Below, in pieces: positions 39,861 to 51,590 of a DNA stretch of 64,000 nucleotides. The stretch is from Eledone cirrhosa. Taxonomy: Eukaryota. The stretch spans positions 6,634,001 through 6,698,000 of the forward strand of contig OZ024764.1 of NCBI GenBank assembly GCA_964016885.1, in the 5' to 3' direction. The first letter of the stretch is position 1. Each line of letters starts with the position of its first letter. The notes under the pieces are model-generated. The model saw only the letters and a program-made list of their open reading frames with translations. It had not been told where the DNA came from and ran no database searches. A program made the translations under genes and the position numbers.

Positions 39861-40303
39861 ATATACACACACACACATTCAACACAGAGAAAGGAGTTTG
39901 TCAACAGGTCAGACACCTTAGTGTAGATAGGGTAATGACTTATGTGGTGGTGGTGGTGGTGGTGGTGGTGGGGAGCGAGCGTAGACGTTATTGTGGTGGC
40001 GGGGGCAGTGAGATGTATCAAGTTCATTGTTCAATCGTCCCTTTTCCTCTTTTTTCAAAATTTGAATTTATGGCCATTTTGCAATGGGGGTCAAGTAAAT
40101 GTAAAATTTAAATAGCGATTGCTCTGGAAAAACATATGGAATATTTCTGTAGCTTCCACAGCTTTTGTCAGAACATTCCCCCAAAGTCCAAATAGCAAAA
40201 ATTTTGTTGTATTTTGATCTTTCAGAATATGAAAATTAATAAAAACTTACCCCCACGAAAAACAGTGTGTTTTCCAATCTATGAGCTCCCTATATATATA
40301 TAT

Positions 40304-40685
40304 ATATTGGTAAACGGAATAGAAAATGCTGACAAATTGTTCACAGTTGAAAAATGGTTTAATTAGGAATAAAAGAGTATTAGTGATTGTATGGGTTAGT
40401 ATTCAGTTGTGGTTTTAAGTTTTTAAGTTTTTACCGGTTGCGCATTTCTAAATGCTTTTCAAAAATAATTTTGAGATAGAGTGTCCGTGCTGTTTGCTCT
40501 GACCATGCTGTTTGCGCAACCGGTAAAAACTTAAAAACTTAAAACCACAACTGAATACTAACCCATACAATCACTAATACTCTTTTATTCCTAATTAAAC
40601 CATTTTTCAACTGTGAACAATTTGTCAGCATTTTCTATTCCGTTTACCAATATATAATAACTTGTGTGTTACACCTCTATTCTTT

Positions 40686-40690
<5 letters not shown>
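40304..40690. mobile_element. Fold-back family C, second copy
   Basis: Same sequence as 20052-20482 with a different inversion junction (~40505-40513). Confidence 0.85.
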
Positions 40691-40736
<46 letters not shown>

Positions 40737-40738
<2 letters not shown>

Positions 40739-41160
40739 AAGGCGATGACACACGACCGTGACCTCTGGCGTCACGCAGTAATACAGAGTACCCGACCTCC
40801 CATGGGTACAAGCTGAAGCATATAGACAATATGCCCCCACACCCTCCACTGCAAGGTGGTCGTGGAGGTGCCACGGCAAAAAAGCACCCAGCCCACACTG
40901 TAAAGTGGACGTGTAGGCGCCACGAAAAAGCACCCAGCCCACACTGTAAAGTGGACGTGTAGGCCCCACGGAAAAAAGCACCCAGCACTCACTGTAAATG
41001 AGGTTGGTGTTAGGAAGGGCATCCAGCTGTAGAAATCAAGCCAGATCAGTTCCTGTATGAGCAAGGCATGGTCAGCCGACCAGACACTGCCCACAACAGG
41101 ACAACCCGTCTAACCCATGCTAGTGGGGAAGAACGGATGTAAAACGGTGATGATGATGAT
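40737..41160 (+). mobile_element. RTE 3' end
   Basis: Reverse-complement match to 42875-43240. Confidence 0.88.
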
Positions 41161-41249
41161 ATATAGATATATATATATATATAAAAAACATGAGAAGAAA
41201 GAAGAATACTGCGTGGTTGCACATGGGTTACATACGATAAAAATAGTCC

Positions 41250-41316
41250 TTCGTCAGTGATTTGCCAACCATCATTGATATTTCATCGCATTAAAAATCA
41301 TATACCTCAGGTTGGT
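41250..41316 (-). ncRNA. Candidate pseudoknotted hammerhead with kink-turn (copy B)
   Basis: accaac CUGA gguau a ugauuu uuaaugcgau GAA auauc aau GA u gguugg c aaauca CUGACGA a; covaries with 52131-52197. Confidence 0.55.
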
Positions 41317-41458
41317 GCGAGCAATAACTAAATAAAGCTATTGGGACAAGTAAATCGCGTAAAGCGAGTGAGACAAGTAAATAACATAGAAGGATGAAAG
41401 CAACGCAAAGATGGGAATAAACAAGCAACATGGTTATCTGTGAAAATACAATAGTATA

Positions 41459-42345
41459 CAGGGTGCGGACGATATTTGTTCGCAATTTTCAACTGCTAAT
41501 TTTATGCATATTTATTTTACTTCTGTTGTCACTCTTGTCTTCATAAAAACAGTGACTATATTTCCATTATTTATTTTCAGAATAATTGATTATGAATAAT
41601 TTTGAACCTCCAAATTTGTGGAAGAGACACGGGTTCTTCTTGGAATCCGCGCCGGGAGGACAAATAAGGACCAGAAGATCAACTCCCAGAACAACAGGTG
41701 GCTCGCTGTCTCATCCAAAGACGTGCTCATGCAGACAAAGTTTCCAGCGACAACATTGGTCTTAGGTGTCGTCAGCTGTCAAGGTGACGTCATGCCACCT
41801 CACTTCTTCCCTGAGGCCCTCAAGCTGAACACCGATGGCTACATCCGCATTCTGGGGCGAGGTAGTAAAGCCCTGGATCGACCAGGTAGCTGCAGGTAGG
41901 CCGTACGTGTGGCAGCAAGACTCAGCGCCCTGCCATACCAGCAGAAAGACCCCAGCCTGGCTGTCAGAGAACTTTGTCGACCACACTTCACCTGACATCT
42001 GGCCTCCCAGCTCGCCTGACTGCAACCCCCTCGACTTCTTTGTGTGGGGCGCAGTGGAATGAGACACCAACAGATCTAGCTGCAATACGAAAGACGATCT
42101 GAAGGCTAGGATCACAGGTGCCTTTAGGGGCCTAAGTCGGGGGACAGTGACGAAGGCCTGTAGCCGGTTCCGAGGCCACCTTGAGGCCGTCATCAAAGCC
42201 AATGGTGGGTTTATCGAGTGAGATCGAAAGAACAAGTCATGAAGATAAACTGACCCAAGTTTGATAATATATCTTAAAAAATAAAACTTTTATTGTTATT
42301 TTTTCCTAGACAGTAATCTTGCGAACAGATATCGTCTGCACCCTG
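41459..42345 (+). mobile_element. Internally deleted DD37D (maT) Tc1/mariner-superfamily transposon
   Basis: 27-bp TIRs cagggtgc.gacgatat.tgttcgcaa, TA TSD; WQQDSAPCH..WPPSSPDCNPLD with 37 residues between the aspartates. Confidence 0.9.
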
Positions 42346-42740
42346 TATATATATACATATATATATGTATTGAAGTTTCCATTGAAAATTGAAAAAGTCA
42401 GAGGAATGAAGAGTGCTGTATGTAAGTTACAGAGCTAAATATTTAATGTACAATAAACAATACAGTATAATTACCTCCTTCATCTTACAATTCCTTTTTC
42501 AACATATATATATGTATTTGTGGTCACACATACACTAATATGTTTGCCCTCATGTATGTACTTATGCACACATTTTTTCACTATACACATGCAGTTGTAC
42601 ATACACACATATGTACATTTGTATGTGCATATACACACATCCCCTTACTATATTTCTTTATTATTACTTTTATTTATTTTTTGCCCGTTAAACTTTTAGT
42701 CTTTCTTGAGGAGATTTTTCAAATATTTCACTGTTTTAAA

Positions 42741-42814
42741 TTGCCTTGTCTGATGAACGAATGCGGACGTTTCTTGTATTCGTCTTATTCGGGAAACCTT
42801 TGGTAATGAGGTAA
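42741..42814 (+). ncRNA. Type I hammerhead ribozyme
   Basis: ttgccttgt CUGAUGA acgaatgc../..gtattcgt.. GAAAC CUUUG GUA atgaggtaa. Confidence 0.7.
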
Positions 42815-42874
42815 TTATATTGTATTTTTTATTATACATTAAATATATATTTATGTATTTATATGTACTTATAT

Positions 42875-45800
42875 ATCATCATCATCATCATCACCGTTTT
42901 ACGTCCGTTCTTCCACGCTAGCATGGGTTAGACGGGTTGTCCTGTTGTGGGCAGTGTTTGGTCGGCTGACCATGCCTTGCTCATACAGGAACTGATTTGG
43001 CTTGATTTCTACAGCTGGATGCCCTTCCTAACACCAACCTCATTTACAGTGAGTGCTGGGTGCTTTTTCGTGACGCCTACACGGCCACTTTACAGTGTGG
43101 GCTGGGTGCTTTTTTGCCGTGGCACCTCCACGGCCACCTTGCGGTGGGGGCATATTGTCTATATGCTTCAGCTTGTACCCATGGGAGGTCGGGTACTCTG
43201 TATTACTGCGTGACGCCAGAAGTCACGGTCGTGTGTCATTGTCTCTGAGAGGTGTAATTGGGTAAGGTCGGCTTTTATCACCTCATCCCAGGTCATCTTG
43301 GGTTTCCCCACTCCGCGGTTTCCATCAACTTCTAGTGCTCTGCACCTTTTTATGCAGCTGTCATCCTTCATACGCATCACATGTCCATACCAGCGCAACC
43401 GCCTCTCCTGCACACAGCATTTGATTCCTCTTATGCTCAGTCTCTCTCTCAATTCATTTATGCTTTGTCGTTCACGTATATTATTGTTACACATCCATCG
43501 GAGCATGCAGGCTTCGTTTCTCTCTAATCTACGTAAGTCTTCCACCTTCAGCGCCCAGGTCTCACTACCATGCAACATCGCTGTTCGGATACACGCATCA
43601 TACAGTCTGCCTTTCATTCTGAGGGAGAAGCCTTTTGCAGCTAGCAGTGGTAGTAGTTCCCTAAACTTCTTCCATCCCGTTCTTACCCTAGTTATTGTAC
43701 TTTCTGAACACCCACCTCCGTTGCTAATTCGGTCACCTAGGTAGCAGAAGCTGTCTACTGTTTCTACAGGGCCCTCCCAGAGATTGGTGGTACTTGTTTC
43801 CTGTGGCTGTTTGCTGTTTGCTGTCTCAGCACAGCTGCTGCATGTGAATCCTACATTCTTAATTAAGCTTCCTGAGATCCCGCTACATCTCTTGTGTACC
43901 CATTGTTTGCATTTGGGGCAGAGAATGGAGTTCCTACCTGCACCTTTCCTACATACTGAGCAAGGCCATTTCCCTGAGGGAATCTGGGTTCTGTTTTCTC
44001 GTCTACTTACAAGGACCTTAGTCTTTGTCATGTTGACTTTGAGACCCTTTCTTTCTAGTCCCTGCTTCCAGGTTTGGAATTTATTCTCTAGTTCTACCAT
44101 AGATTCAGCTATGAGTGCGAGGTCATCAGCATACAGGAGTTCCCATGGGCATCCGGTCTTAAACTCCTCCGTTATTGCCTGCAGGACTATGATGAACAGG
44201 AGAGGGCTAAGAACAGAGCCCTGGTGGACCCCAACCTGTACGCTAAATTCCTCGCTATACTCATTGCTAATCCTAACTTTGCTGACTGCTCTCCTATACA
44301 TGGCTTGTACCGCTTTCACAAGCCATTCATCTACTCCTAGTTTTCTAAGAGCCCACCAGATTACAGCACGTGGAACTCTGTCAAAGGCTTTCTCAAGGTC
44401 GACAAATGCCAAGTAGAGTGGCTTACTTTTAGCTAGGTACTTTTCCTGTAATTGCCTCACAAGGAAGAGGGCATCAGTGGTGCCTCTTCCTGGTACAAAC
44501 CCAAATTGCTTCTCGTCTATTTTCACCCGGTCCCTAATCAGCTGTGCTATAACTCTTTCTGTTACTTTCATGACCTGGTCCATCAACTTTATACCTCTAT
44601 AGTTTCCTCTATCTAGTGCATCGCCTTTACCTTTGTAGCAGTTGACAATGATGCTACTGCACCAATCTTTTGGTATGGCCCCTTCTAGTATTACCTGGTT
44701 AACGATACGTGTGGTTATAGTGTGACCTACAGACCCAGATGCCTTCAGCATCTCGGCAGCTATACCCGATGGACCGGTTGCCTTCCCCATCTTCATATCT
44801 TTGATTGCCTTACTTACTACGCTGCCGCTGACTTGTACTGCTGGTCCCTCTATAGGGTCTACTTGGGGTAGGGTCTCTTCTTCCCATGCATTCTCCTCAT
44901 TTAGTAATCTATCATAATGACACTTCCATGCATCTTTCTTCTCACCACTTGTGAGGGCAAGCTCACCTTTATCATTCCGGATACACTTCTCTCCAATGAC
45001 ATCACAACTATCTCTGACACACTGCCTCGCAATCTTGAAGACGTCCTGTTTCTGGTCCTCACGTTGTAAAACATGCTTGAATTTTCTATCCTCTGCTTCC
45101 CTCCTAGCTAAGTATACTTGTCGTCTAGCTTCCCTCTTGGTCTCTATGTAATGTACCCTGCTCCCCCCGTTCTTCCATTCTTTCCATGCCTGTCTCTTGG
45201 CCTTAACTGCTTCATCTACCTTATTGTTCCACCACCAAGTCACTCTCCTCCTGCTTGAGGTCTTACTCCAGCCACAGACCTCATCCGTCGCCTCTAGTAA
45301 ATTATTTTTTAGGAACTCCCAATTCTCTTCTACGTTAAATGTCTCTATCTGTTCTTCTTTACTGTCGTAGGCGTTGAGTAAAATATCTTTAAATCTGTTA
45401 CTGGTTGAGGGGACTTTCAGTTTCCAGATCTTTCTTCTCCAGGTTGGCCTCTGTTTCCGGGTTCGTCTAGTTCTGACCGTGAGGTCGCTGACAACTAAGC
45501 TATGTTGGGATGTACATTCCTCACTAGGGAAGGCTTTTGTGTTTACGACCGTCCATCTGTCACGTCCTCTGATGGGGATAAAATCTAACTGACTAGAGTG
45601 CTCCCCTGATCTATAGGTGATCAGGTGGTTGTCGGGTTTTTTAAAGTTTGTGTTACATATCGACATGTCATTGGCGTCGCAGAATTCTAGAAGTCTGAAT
45701 CCTTCCTCATTCCTTGTGCCAACCCCATGGCCTCCATGTACTCTATTGAAGCCGTCGCAGTGTTTACCTACGTGTCCGTTAAAATCTCCTGCGATGATTA

Positions 45801-46430
45801 GGAAGTCCTTGTCGTCTGTTAGAGCAGTAGTGTGTATTAGGGACTCGTAAAACCTATCCTTAAGTTCGTCTGGCAGCCCTGATTGGGGTGCGTAAGCTGA
45901 TATTATTGTGGTAATTGTTTTATTCAGGACTAGTCTGAGTTTAATGATTCTTGCGTTTACCCTGTACACTGAGATTACTTTATCTACCCACTTGTCAGCT
46001 AGTAGTATACCTACACCACCCATCCCATCGTCATTTCCCACCCAGAAAAATTTGTAGCACCGACTTTTTCCTACGAGGACTCTGGCAGACTCTCCTCTCC
46101 ATCTTGTCTCTTGCACACAGCATACGTCAATTTCCTTTCGCTCTAGCATTTCTACGATTTCTCCTGCTCTTCCTTTCATTGAGCCTACATTGATGGTACC
46201 AACTCGGAGTTTCGGGCATTTGTCGACACTCATAGGGGAGGGTCTCTGGGTTGGCGCTTCACATGGGTGCTTGGTAGCTCGCAGATTCATATTTCATCTA
46301 TTGATTCAGAGTTGCTCAAATTTATTCTCAGCTCATCCATCCATAACGGTGGGAAAATTGAGGGCTAGAAGAACAGTGGTGGTGGGATAATGGCAGGGTG
46401 TGTTGGGCTGTGCCAGAGGAGGAGAGAGTT
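42875..46430 (-). mobile_element. Full-length RTE LINE
   Basis: Single intact ORF, short 5' UTR, 3' UTR and (GAT)n tail. Confidence 0.95.
43168..46290 (-). CDS. RTE polyprotein: AP endonuclease + RT + PHD-like Cys finger
   Basis: 1040 aa open: VQETRW, YAPQ, GDFNGHVG, DLEKAFD, HQGSVLSP, YADD, CSVC..CPKC..HKRC..CSSC. Confidence 0.95.
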   Translation of the reverse strand: MNLRATKHPCEAPTQRPSPMSVDKCPKLRVGTINVGSMKGRAGEIVEMLERKEIDVCCVQETRWRGESARVLVGKSRCYKFFWVGNDDGMGGVGILLADKWVDKVISVYRVNARIIKLRLVLNKTITTIISAYAPQSGLPDELKDRFYESLIHTTALTDDKDFLIIAGDFNGHVGKHCDGFNRVHGGHGVGTRNEEGFRLLEFCDANDMSICNTNFKKPDNHLITYRSGEHSSQLDFIPIRGRDRWTVVNTKAFPSEECTSQHSLVVSDLTVRTRRTRKQRPTWRRKIWKLKVPSTSNRFKDILLNAYDSKEEQIETFNVEENWEFLKNNLLEATDEVCGWSKTSSRRRVTWWWNNKVDEAVKAKRQAWKEWKNGGSRVHYIETKREARRQVYLARREAEDRKFKHVLQREDQKQDVFKIARQCVRDSCDVIGEKCIRNDKGELALTSGEKKDAWKCHYDRLLNEENAWEEETLPQVDPIEGPAVQVSGSVVSKAIKDMKMGKATGPSGIAAEMLKASGSVGHTITTRIVNQVILEGAIPKDWCSSIIVNCYKGKGDALDRGNYRGIKLMDQVMKVTERVIAQLIRDRVKIDEKQFGFVPGRGTTDALFLVRQLQEKYLAKSKPLYLAFVDLEKAFDRVPRAVIWWALRKLGVDEWLVKAVQAMYRRAVSKVRISNEYSEEFSVQVGVHQGSVLSPLLFIIVLQAITEEFKTGCPWELLYADDLALIAESMVELENKFQTWKQGLERKGLKVNMTKTKVLVSRRENRTQIPSGKWPCSVCRKGAGRNSILCPKCKQWVHKRCSGISGSLIKNVGFTCSSCAETANSKQPQETSTTNLWEGPVETVDSFCYLGDRISNGGGCSESTITRVRTGWKKFRELLPLLAAKGFSLRMKGRLYDACIRTAMLHGSETWALKVEDLRRLERNEACMLRWMCNNNIRERQSINELRERLSIRGIKCCVQERRLRWYGHVMRMKDDSCIKRCRALEVDGNRGVGKPKMTWDEVIKADLTQLHLSETMTHDRDFWRHAVIQSTRPPMGTS

Positions 46431-46462
46431 ATATATATTTATGTATTTATATATATATATAT

Positions 46463-47327
46463 AGTTCAGAGAGCTTATACCGCTGTTGGCCACTAAAGGT
46501 TTCTCTCTAAAAATGAAAGGCAGATTGTATGATGCCTGTATACGAACAGCAATGCTACATGGCAGTGATACATGGGCATTGTGTGCAGAGGACCTGCGTA
46601 GACTGGAAAGGAAAATAACCATGAATGCTCTGTTGGATGTGTAATAGTAATATACGTGAACGGCAAAGCATAAATGAACTAAGTGAGAAATTAGGAATAA
46701 GAGGGATCAGATGCTGTTTACTTGAGAGAAGACTACGTTGGTATGGCCACGTGATGCGCATGAAGGACGACAGCTGTATAAAAAAGTGCAGGGCGATCAG
46801 AATTGATGGTAGTTACGGAGTAGGCAGACCCAGAAAAACCTGGGACCATCTGATAAATTCCGACCTTACACACTTGCACCTCTCTAAGATAATGTCACTG
46901 GACCTCTCTAAGACAATGTCACTGGCGCTACGCAGTAATACAGAAGACCCACCTTGCCTATGTACAAAGCGAAACCTACAGTCAGTAGGCACCTCTTAAC
47001 CAAATATACACCCCAATCCACTACCCTACCCTATCCTCCCACTCCCAGCAACACCACCCTCTCTCTATAAAGTTGGTACCACAACATCCAGTCCAAATAA
47101 ATGAGATCGAGATCGTGTAGGTGTCATGACAAAAAAACACAGTCCACGCTGTAATGTGGCCGTGTAGGTAACACGGTAAAAAGTTCCCAGTCCACACTAT
47201 AAATGTGGTTGGTGTTAGGGAGGGCCTCCAGCCATAGAAAACCTGCCAGATAGTCCTCAAATTGGGACAACTCCCGTCTAACCCATGCTAGTGTGGAAGA
47301 TGGACGTTAAACGATGATGATGATGAC
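46463..47327 (+). mobile_element. 5'-truncated RTE LINE
   Basis: Same subfamily as 39035-39860. Confidence 0.88.
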
Positions 47328-47352
47328 ATTTATGTATTTATATATATATATA

Positions 47353-47700
47353 TGGAGGCACATGGCTTAGTGGTTAGAGCATTGGCCTTGCAATCGAAAG
47401 GTTGTGAGTTCAATTCTCAGACCGGGTGATGTGTTGTTTCTTTGAGCAAGACACTTTATTTCACATTGCTCCAGTTTACTCAGCTCTAGAAATGAGATGA
47501 TAGGGACTGGGGTCCCTATCATTCCACTGCAAAGTGGTCGTGGAGGTGCCACGGCAAAAAAGCACCCAGCACTCACTGTAAATGAGGTTGGTGTTAGGAA
47601 GGGCATCCAGCTGTAGAAATCAAGCCAAAATCAGTTTCCGTCCCACTCTTGCAAGCAGGGAAAAGCGGACGTAAAATGAAATGATGATGATGATGGTGAT
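47353..47700 (+). mobile_element. Chimeric tRNA/CORE-like SINE with RTE tail
   Basis: A/B boxes, CORE-like block, RTE 3' UTR segment and (GAT)n. Confidence 0.85.
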
Positions 47701-48566
47701 ATATATATATTTATTAAAATAACAGATTAAAGTTTAAGCAAAGAATCGCTGCTTTCACCCTTAACGGGATCTTCTGAAACTAAAAAAATCAATCTGTGAA
47801 CACTGAAGTAAATATTTCGAAAAACGTTGCTGATACTTTCCCTGGTTTCCTTGCTGTTAAGTGACTGAAAGTATAAGACACCTGGACAGTACGCCAGTCC
47901 ACTGCAGGATTAAGTTTCACGTAAATTGGAGCACAGGTTCATGAGATATGGAGTTTTTCCGTGTACCTTCATAAATAGAAAGAGAGAGATGGTGGTTGTG
48001 AGTAAGTAGATTGAAAGAGAGGCATAGAGAGGAGAGAGAGAAGGAAAATGGAAGTGAGAGTGAGCTGGTGGTGGTGTTGTGTATATATATTGGAAAAGAA
48101 AACTAATATTAACACTCTCAACACATGCACATTTGAACATTACAGAAACAGTTATCACACTACATCCACCATAAACTCATAATTGTGATACAAACATCTT
48201 TGCCTGCTTGATATGCTTATAAACCTGTTATTTTATGTGATACCTTTGCCACACAGTAATTATATATGCCTAGTACCATTGCTTGTTTTACAGAGCGGGA
48301 ATATAAATTGTTTCCTACCTAACTGTCCTGTATATATGCCTAACATATTTGCACTCTCTATACGCTTGCATATGTACTGCTAGTGTCCTCGTTTTATGAG
48401 TAACTTTCTACCTTAATGCCTCTTTAATTATTATACAATTCTCTTGTAATCTCTCTCACATCCATTCCATTCTGTAAATATGAAACTGTTGACAACATTA
48501 ATATCCATGTATCTATATGATTGTTCAGTTGAATAGGAAGTTAATTATATGTCCAAACATTGCTAG

Positions 48567-48613
48567 TGCTCCGAGGATTCCAAACGAAAGTTTGGAAGAA
48601 ACGATTGTCAGCA
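48567..48613 (+). ncRNA. Hammerhead-like motif with CCGAGGA core variant
   Basis: tgct CCGAGGA ttccaaac GAAA gtttggaa GAAAC GAUU GUC agca. Confidence 0.6.
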
Positions 48614-48656
48614 ATAAAATGTTTTGAACATAGTTTTGATTATTGTGTAATTTATA

Positions 48657-48925
48657 CCATCATCATCATCATCGTCATCATCGTTTAACGTCCATCTTCC
48701 ACGCTTGCATGGGTCTGGACGAGGATTGTCCCACTTGAGGCAAGATTGCTTGTCTGGCGGGTTTTCTACGGCTGGATGCCCTTCCTAACACCAACCACGT
48801 TTACAGTGTGGACTGGGAGGTTTTTACCGTGTTACCTACACGGCCACATTACAGCGTGGACTGTGTGTTTTATTGTTGTGACACCTACACGTCTGGCGGG
48901 TTTTCTACGGCTGGGTGCCCTTCCT
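48657..48925 (-). mobile_element. RTE 3' UTR-derived short element
   Basis: (CAT)n, cgtttaacgtcc and ggatgcccttcctaacacc. Confidence 0.8.
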
Positions 48926-48941
48926 ATATATATATATATAT

Positions 48942-51590
48942 ATACAAATAGGGAAAACAATGAAATTAAACAAAAAACGGTTAATTCATAGTAAAACTCA
49001 TTATTTTACGATCGTTTCTGGGGGGTAGTTCCCTGTATGTTCATTCAATTATTGATCTATGTAAAATATATTACAATATTACAAAATATCATAGTAAGAA
49101 AATATACATATGTCTTCACTACCCACCTAACGCTTCTGAATATTTCTATAACCTATCTAATAATATTACTACAAATCATACGAAAACACCTAACTCCACT
49201 AATCTTAAAAAAGCAGTTAATAACAACATTTTATATCTTAATTCTCACAATAAACCTAATGATGTATCACTTATTTCATTGAACCTTCAACCTAACCAAA
49301 CTGCATCCTTGCAATCCAAAAAACCAGGGAAACATATCCGAACTACCGTATATAACAAGAATGATACCGAAATTCCAGGTCCTATCAATAATGCTCCATT
49401 AATAAAACTCACAATATCCTTTATAAATCAAACAAAAAGCAATAAATCAAACAAAAAGCAATAAATCAAAAACTAATACAATTCAAAAATCTACTAAACA
49501 ATTAGTTTACACCCATAATAACAATCACAATATTATAGTATCATCTGATAACAATATCTACCCTCAAACTCCTATACATACCCAATATAATAAGAGGAAA
49601 CAAATTAGAAACCATAAAAGAAATGTAACATGGTACAACGCTCCATTCAACTTGAAGACTATGGGCCAAATCCCTAAAATAAATTTTACACTTCTCGATA
49701 AACATTTCCCACCTAACCACAAATACCATCAAATCTTAAACAGGAATACAGTAAAATGTTCTTACTCCACATCAATATACAACAAAACATAAGTGCATAT
49801 AACATCTATAAATGTAAAAAGGCTCCATCTATACCACACACAATAGCACCCCACACACAGGATAACTATGGTAATACTACAACACATAACCAGAATATTA
49901 TTACATACCCACTTGTTACATCCACTCACTCACCTCACCAGCACAATACAGCAGCCTACAACCAACTACCATATTCCTCATCCTTAATAGGGATTAAGAA
50001 TTACATACCCAATCTAACCAATAGCTTCCAAAACAACCATGATTCTATAAACCCTATATCCAGTATAATTTCACCAACTAACAACCCTTCGAGCTGGTGA
50101 CCACCCAACCACAAACCCTTCTCTCCCATATAAAAAGGTAAATACAAATACTAGCACTATTATTGGGAATATGGATAGCACATCTGATACCCTATATACA
50201 AACGGTTGTAATTGTAGAGTAAAAGATAATTGCCCCTTAAATGGAAATTGCTTAATTAATAATATAGTATATAAATGTGTTTAAATCGAGATTTTATGCA
50301 CACACCCACAGTTTCCGAAACACAAAATTAGCTAATACCACTTCTTTAGCAGAAGCAGTTAATAATTGTAATAAGAGGAATATTAATTATAACCTAACTT
50401 GGAAGATTCTCAAGAGAGCCATTTCTTCTCAGGGCAATAGAAGGGAGTGTGGACTGTGTTCCCTAGAAATTCTCGAAATTACTAAATCGAAGGACATTCT
50501 ATTAAATAAAAGACAAGAATTAATTATAGCATGTAACCATCAAATATTATAAATACAACTAAATAAATATAGAAAAATATATAGGAGAAAGTGTGGGTGT
50601 ATGTGTATACATAGGTGTGTGCATCTATATATACATGTGTGTGTGTATATATATATATATTCTGCTAGTAGAATTAATCCATGGATTAAATCCTATATCT
50701 CATCCCTATAACTGTTTTAAGTAATTAACTATAATTTAGTACTATATATTACATTATTTTCAACAATCTAACAAAACTTTTAAATGATATGCATTTAAAC
50801 CCCCGTTTTTTTTAAAACCAGATTATTAATGTGATTTCTTATACCAAAATATAATTCCCTACAGGTAAAACTTCACTCTAACACAATACAATACTTACAC
50901 AAATTTTATCTATTTTTTATCTAAATTTTACTTCCCTTTGGTTCCATTTATATTCCTCAACTTACTCTATTTTTAGAACAATTTATTCCCCTTAACAAAG
51001 AAATAACAAATATTTAGGATTGTTCTATACTATTCTACTTGATGAAACACACTCATTTCTGTACCCCTTTTCCTCCAACTGTAATCTTCTTTGACTATTA
51101 ACACTTTTATATACAATATGTCTAAATTCTTCCTTTCTTTTCTTAAAACTCATTTGATACCTCATCCCCTGACTGATTATTTATTCATCTACTACTACCA
51201 ACTTCAGGATCTATATTGCCCCTTCCTCTTCTTACTATTGGTCAACCCCAACCTGGTTTATAAAACATTACTTATTCATATTCATGTGTGTTTTTTTGTA
51301 TTCTTCAATAAACAAAACTCATTATTTCTGAAGACAGCGGGTAGGGAAGACGTATGTATATTTTTTTACTATGATATTTTGTAATATATTTTACATAGAT
51401 CAATAATAGAATGGACATACGGGGAACTACCCCCCAGAAACGATCGTAAAATAATGAGTTTTACTATGAATTAACTGTTTTGTGTTTAATTTCATTGTTT
51501 CACTATTTGTATTTTTGACTCTGTATCCAAAGAATTATATCGTTAAAAATTTTGTATTTTAAACTTTGCTTCACGACATCTACTACATAT
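48942..51590 (+). mobile_element. Decayed Penelope-like retroelement with inverted 5' pseudo-LTR
   Basis: RNVTWYNAPF..LLDKHFPPNH..NRNTVKCSYS, CNCRVKDNCPLNGNC..IVYKC and WKILK..CGLC..LLNKRQEL (GIY-YIG region); 48942-49123 is an inverted copy of ~51340-51512. Confidence 0.88.
51314..51462 (+). ncRNA. Type I hammerhead with ~100-nt stem II in the PLE pseudo-LTR
   Basis: Perfect 14-bp stem I aaaactcattattt/aaataatgagtttt, CUGAAGA at 51328 and GAAAC GAUC GUA at 51437-51448. Confidence 0.85.

Noticed and set aside
47353-47430. tRNA genes
   Set aside because: A/B boxes belong to SINE heads continuing into CORE-like bodies; no complete cloverleaf seen.
49360-49405. PGPINNAPL resembling the DUSP-domain PGPIDN motif
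   Set aside because: Too short, and the surrounding DUSP residues are not evident in this decayed AT-rich region.
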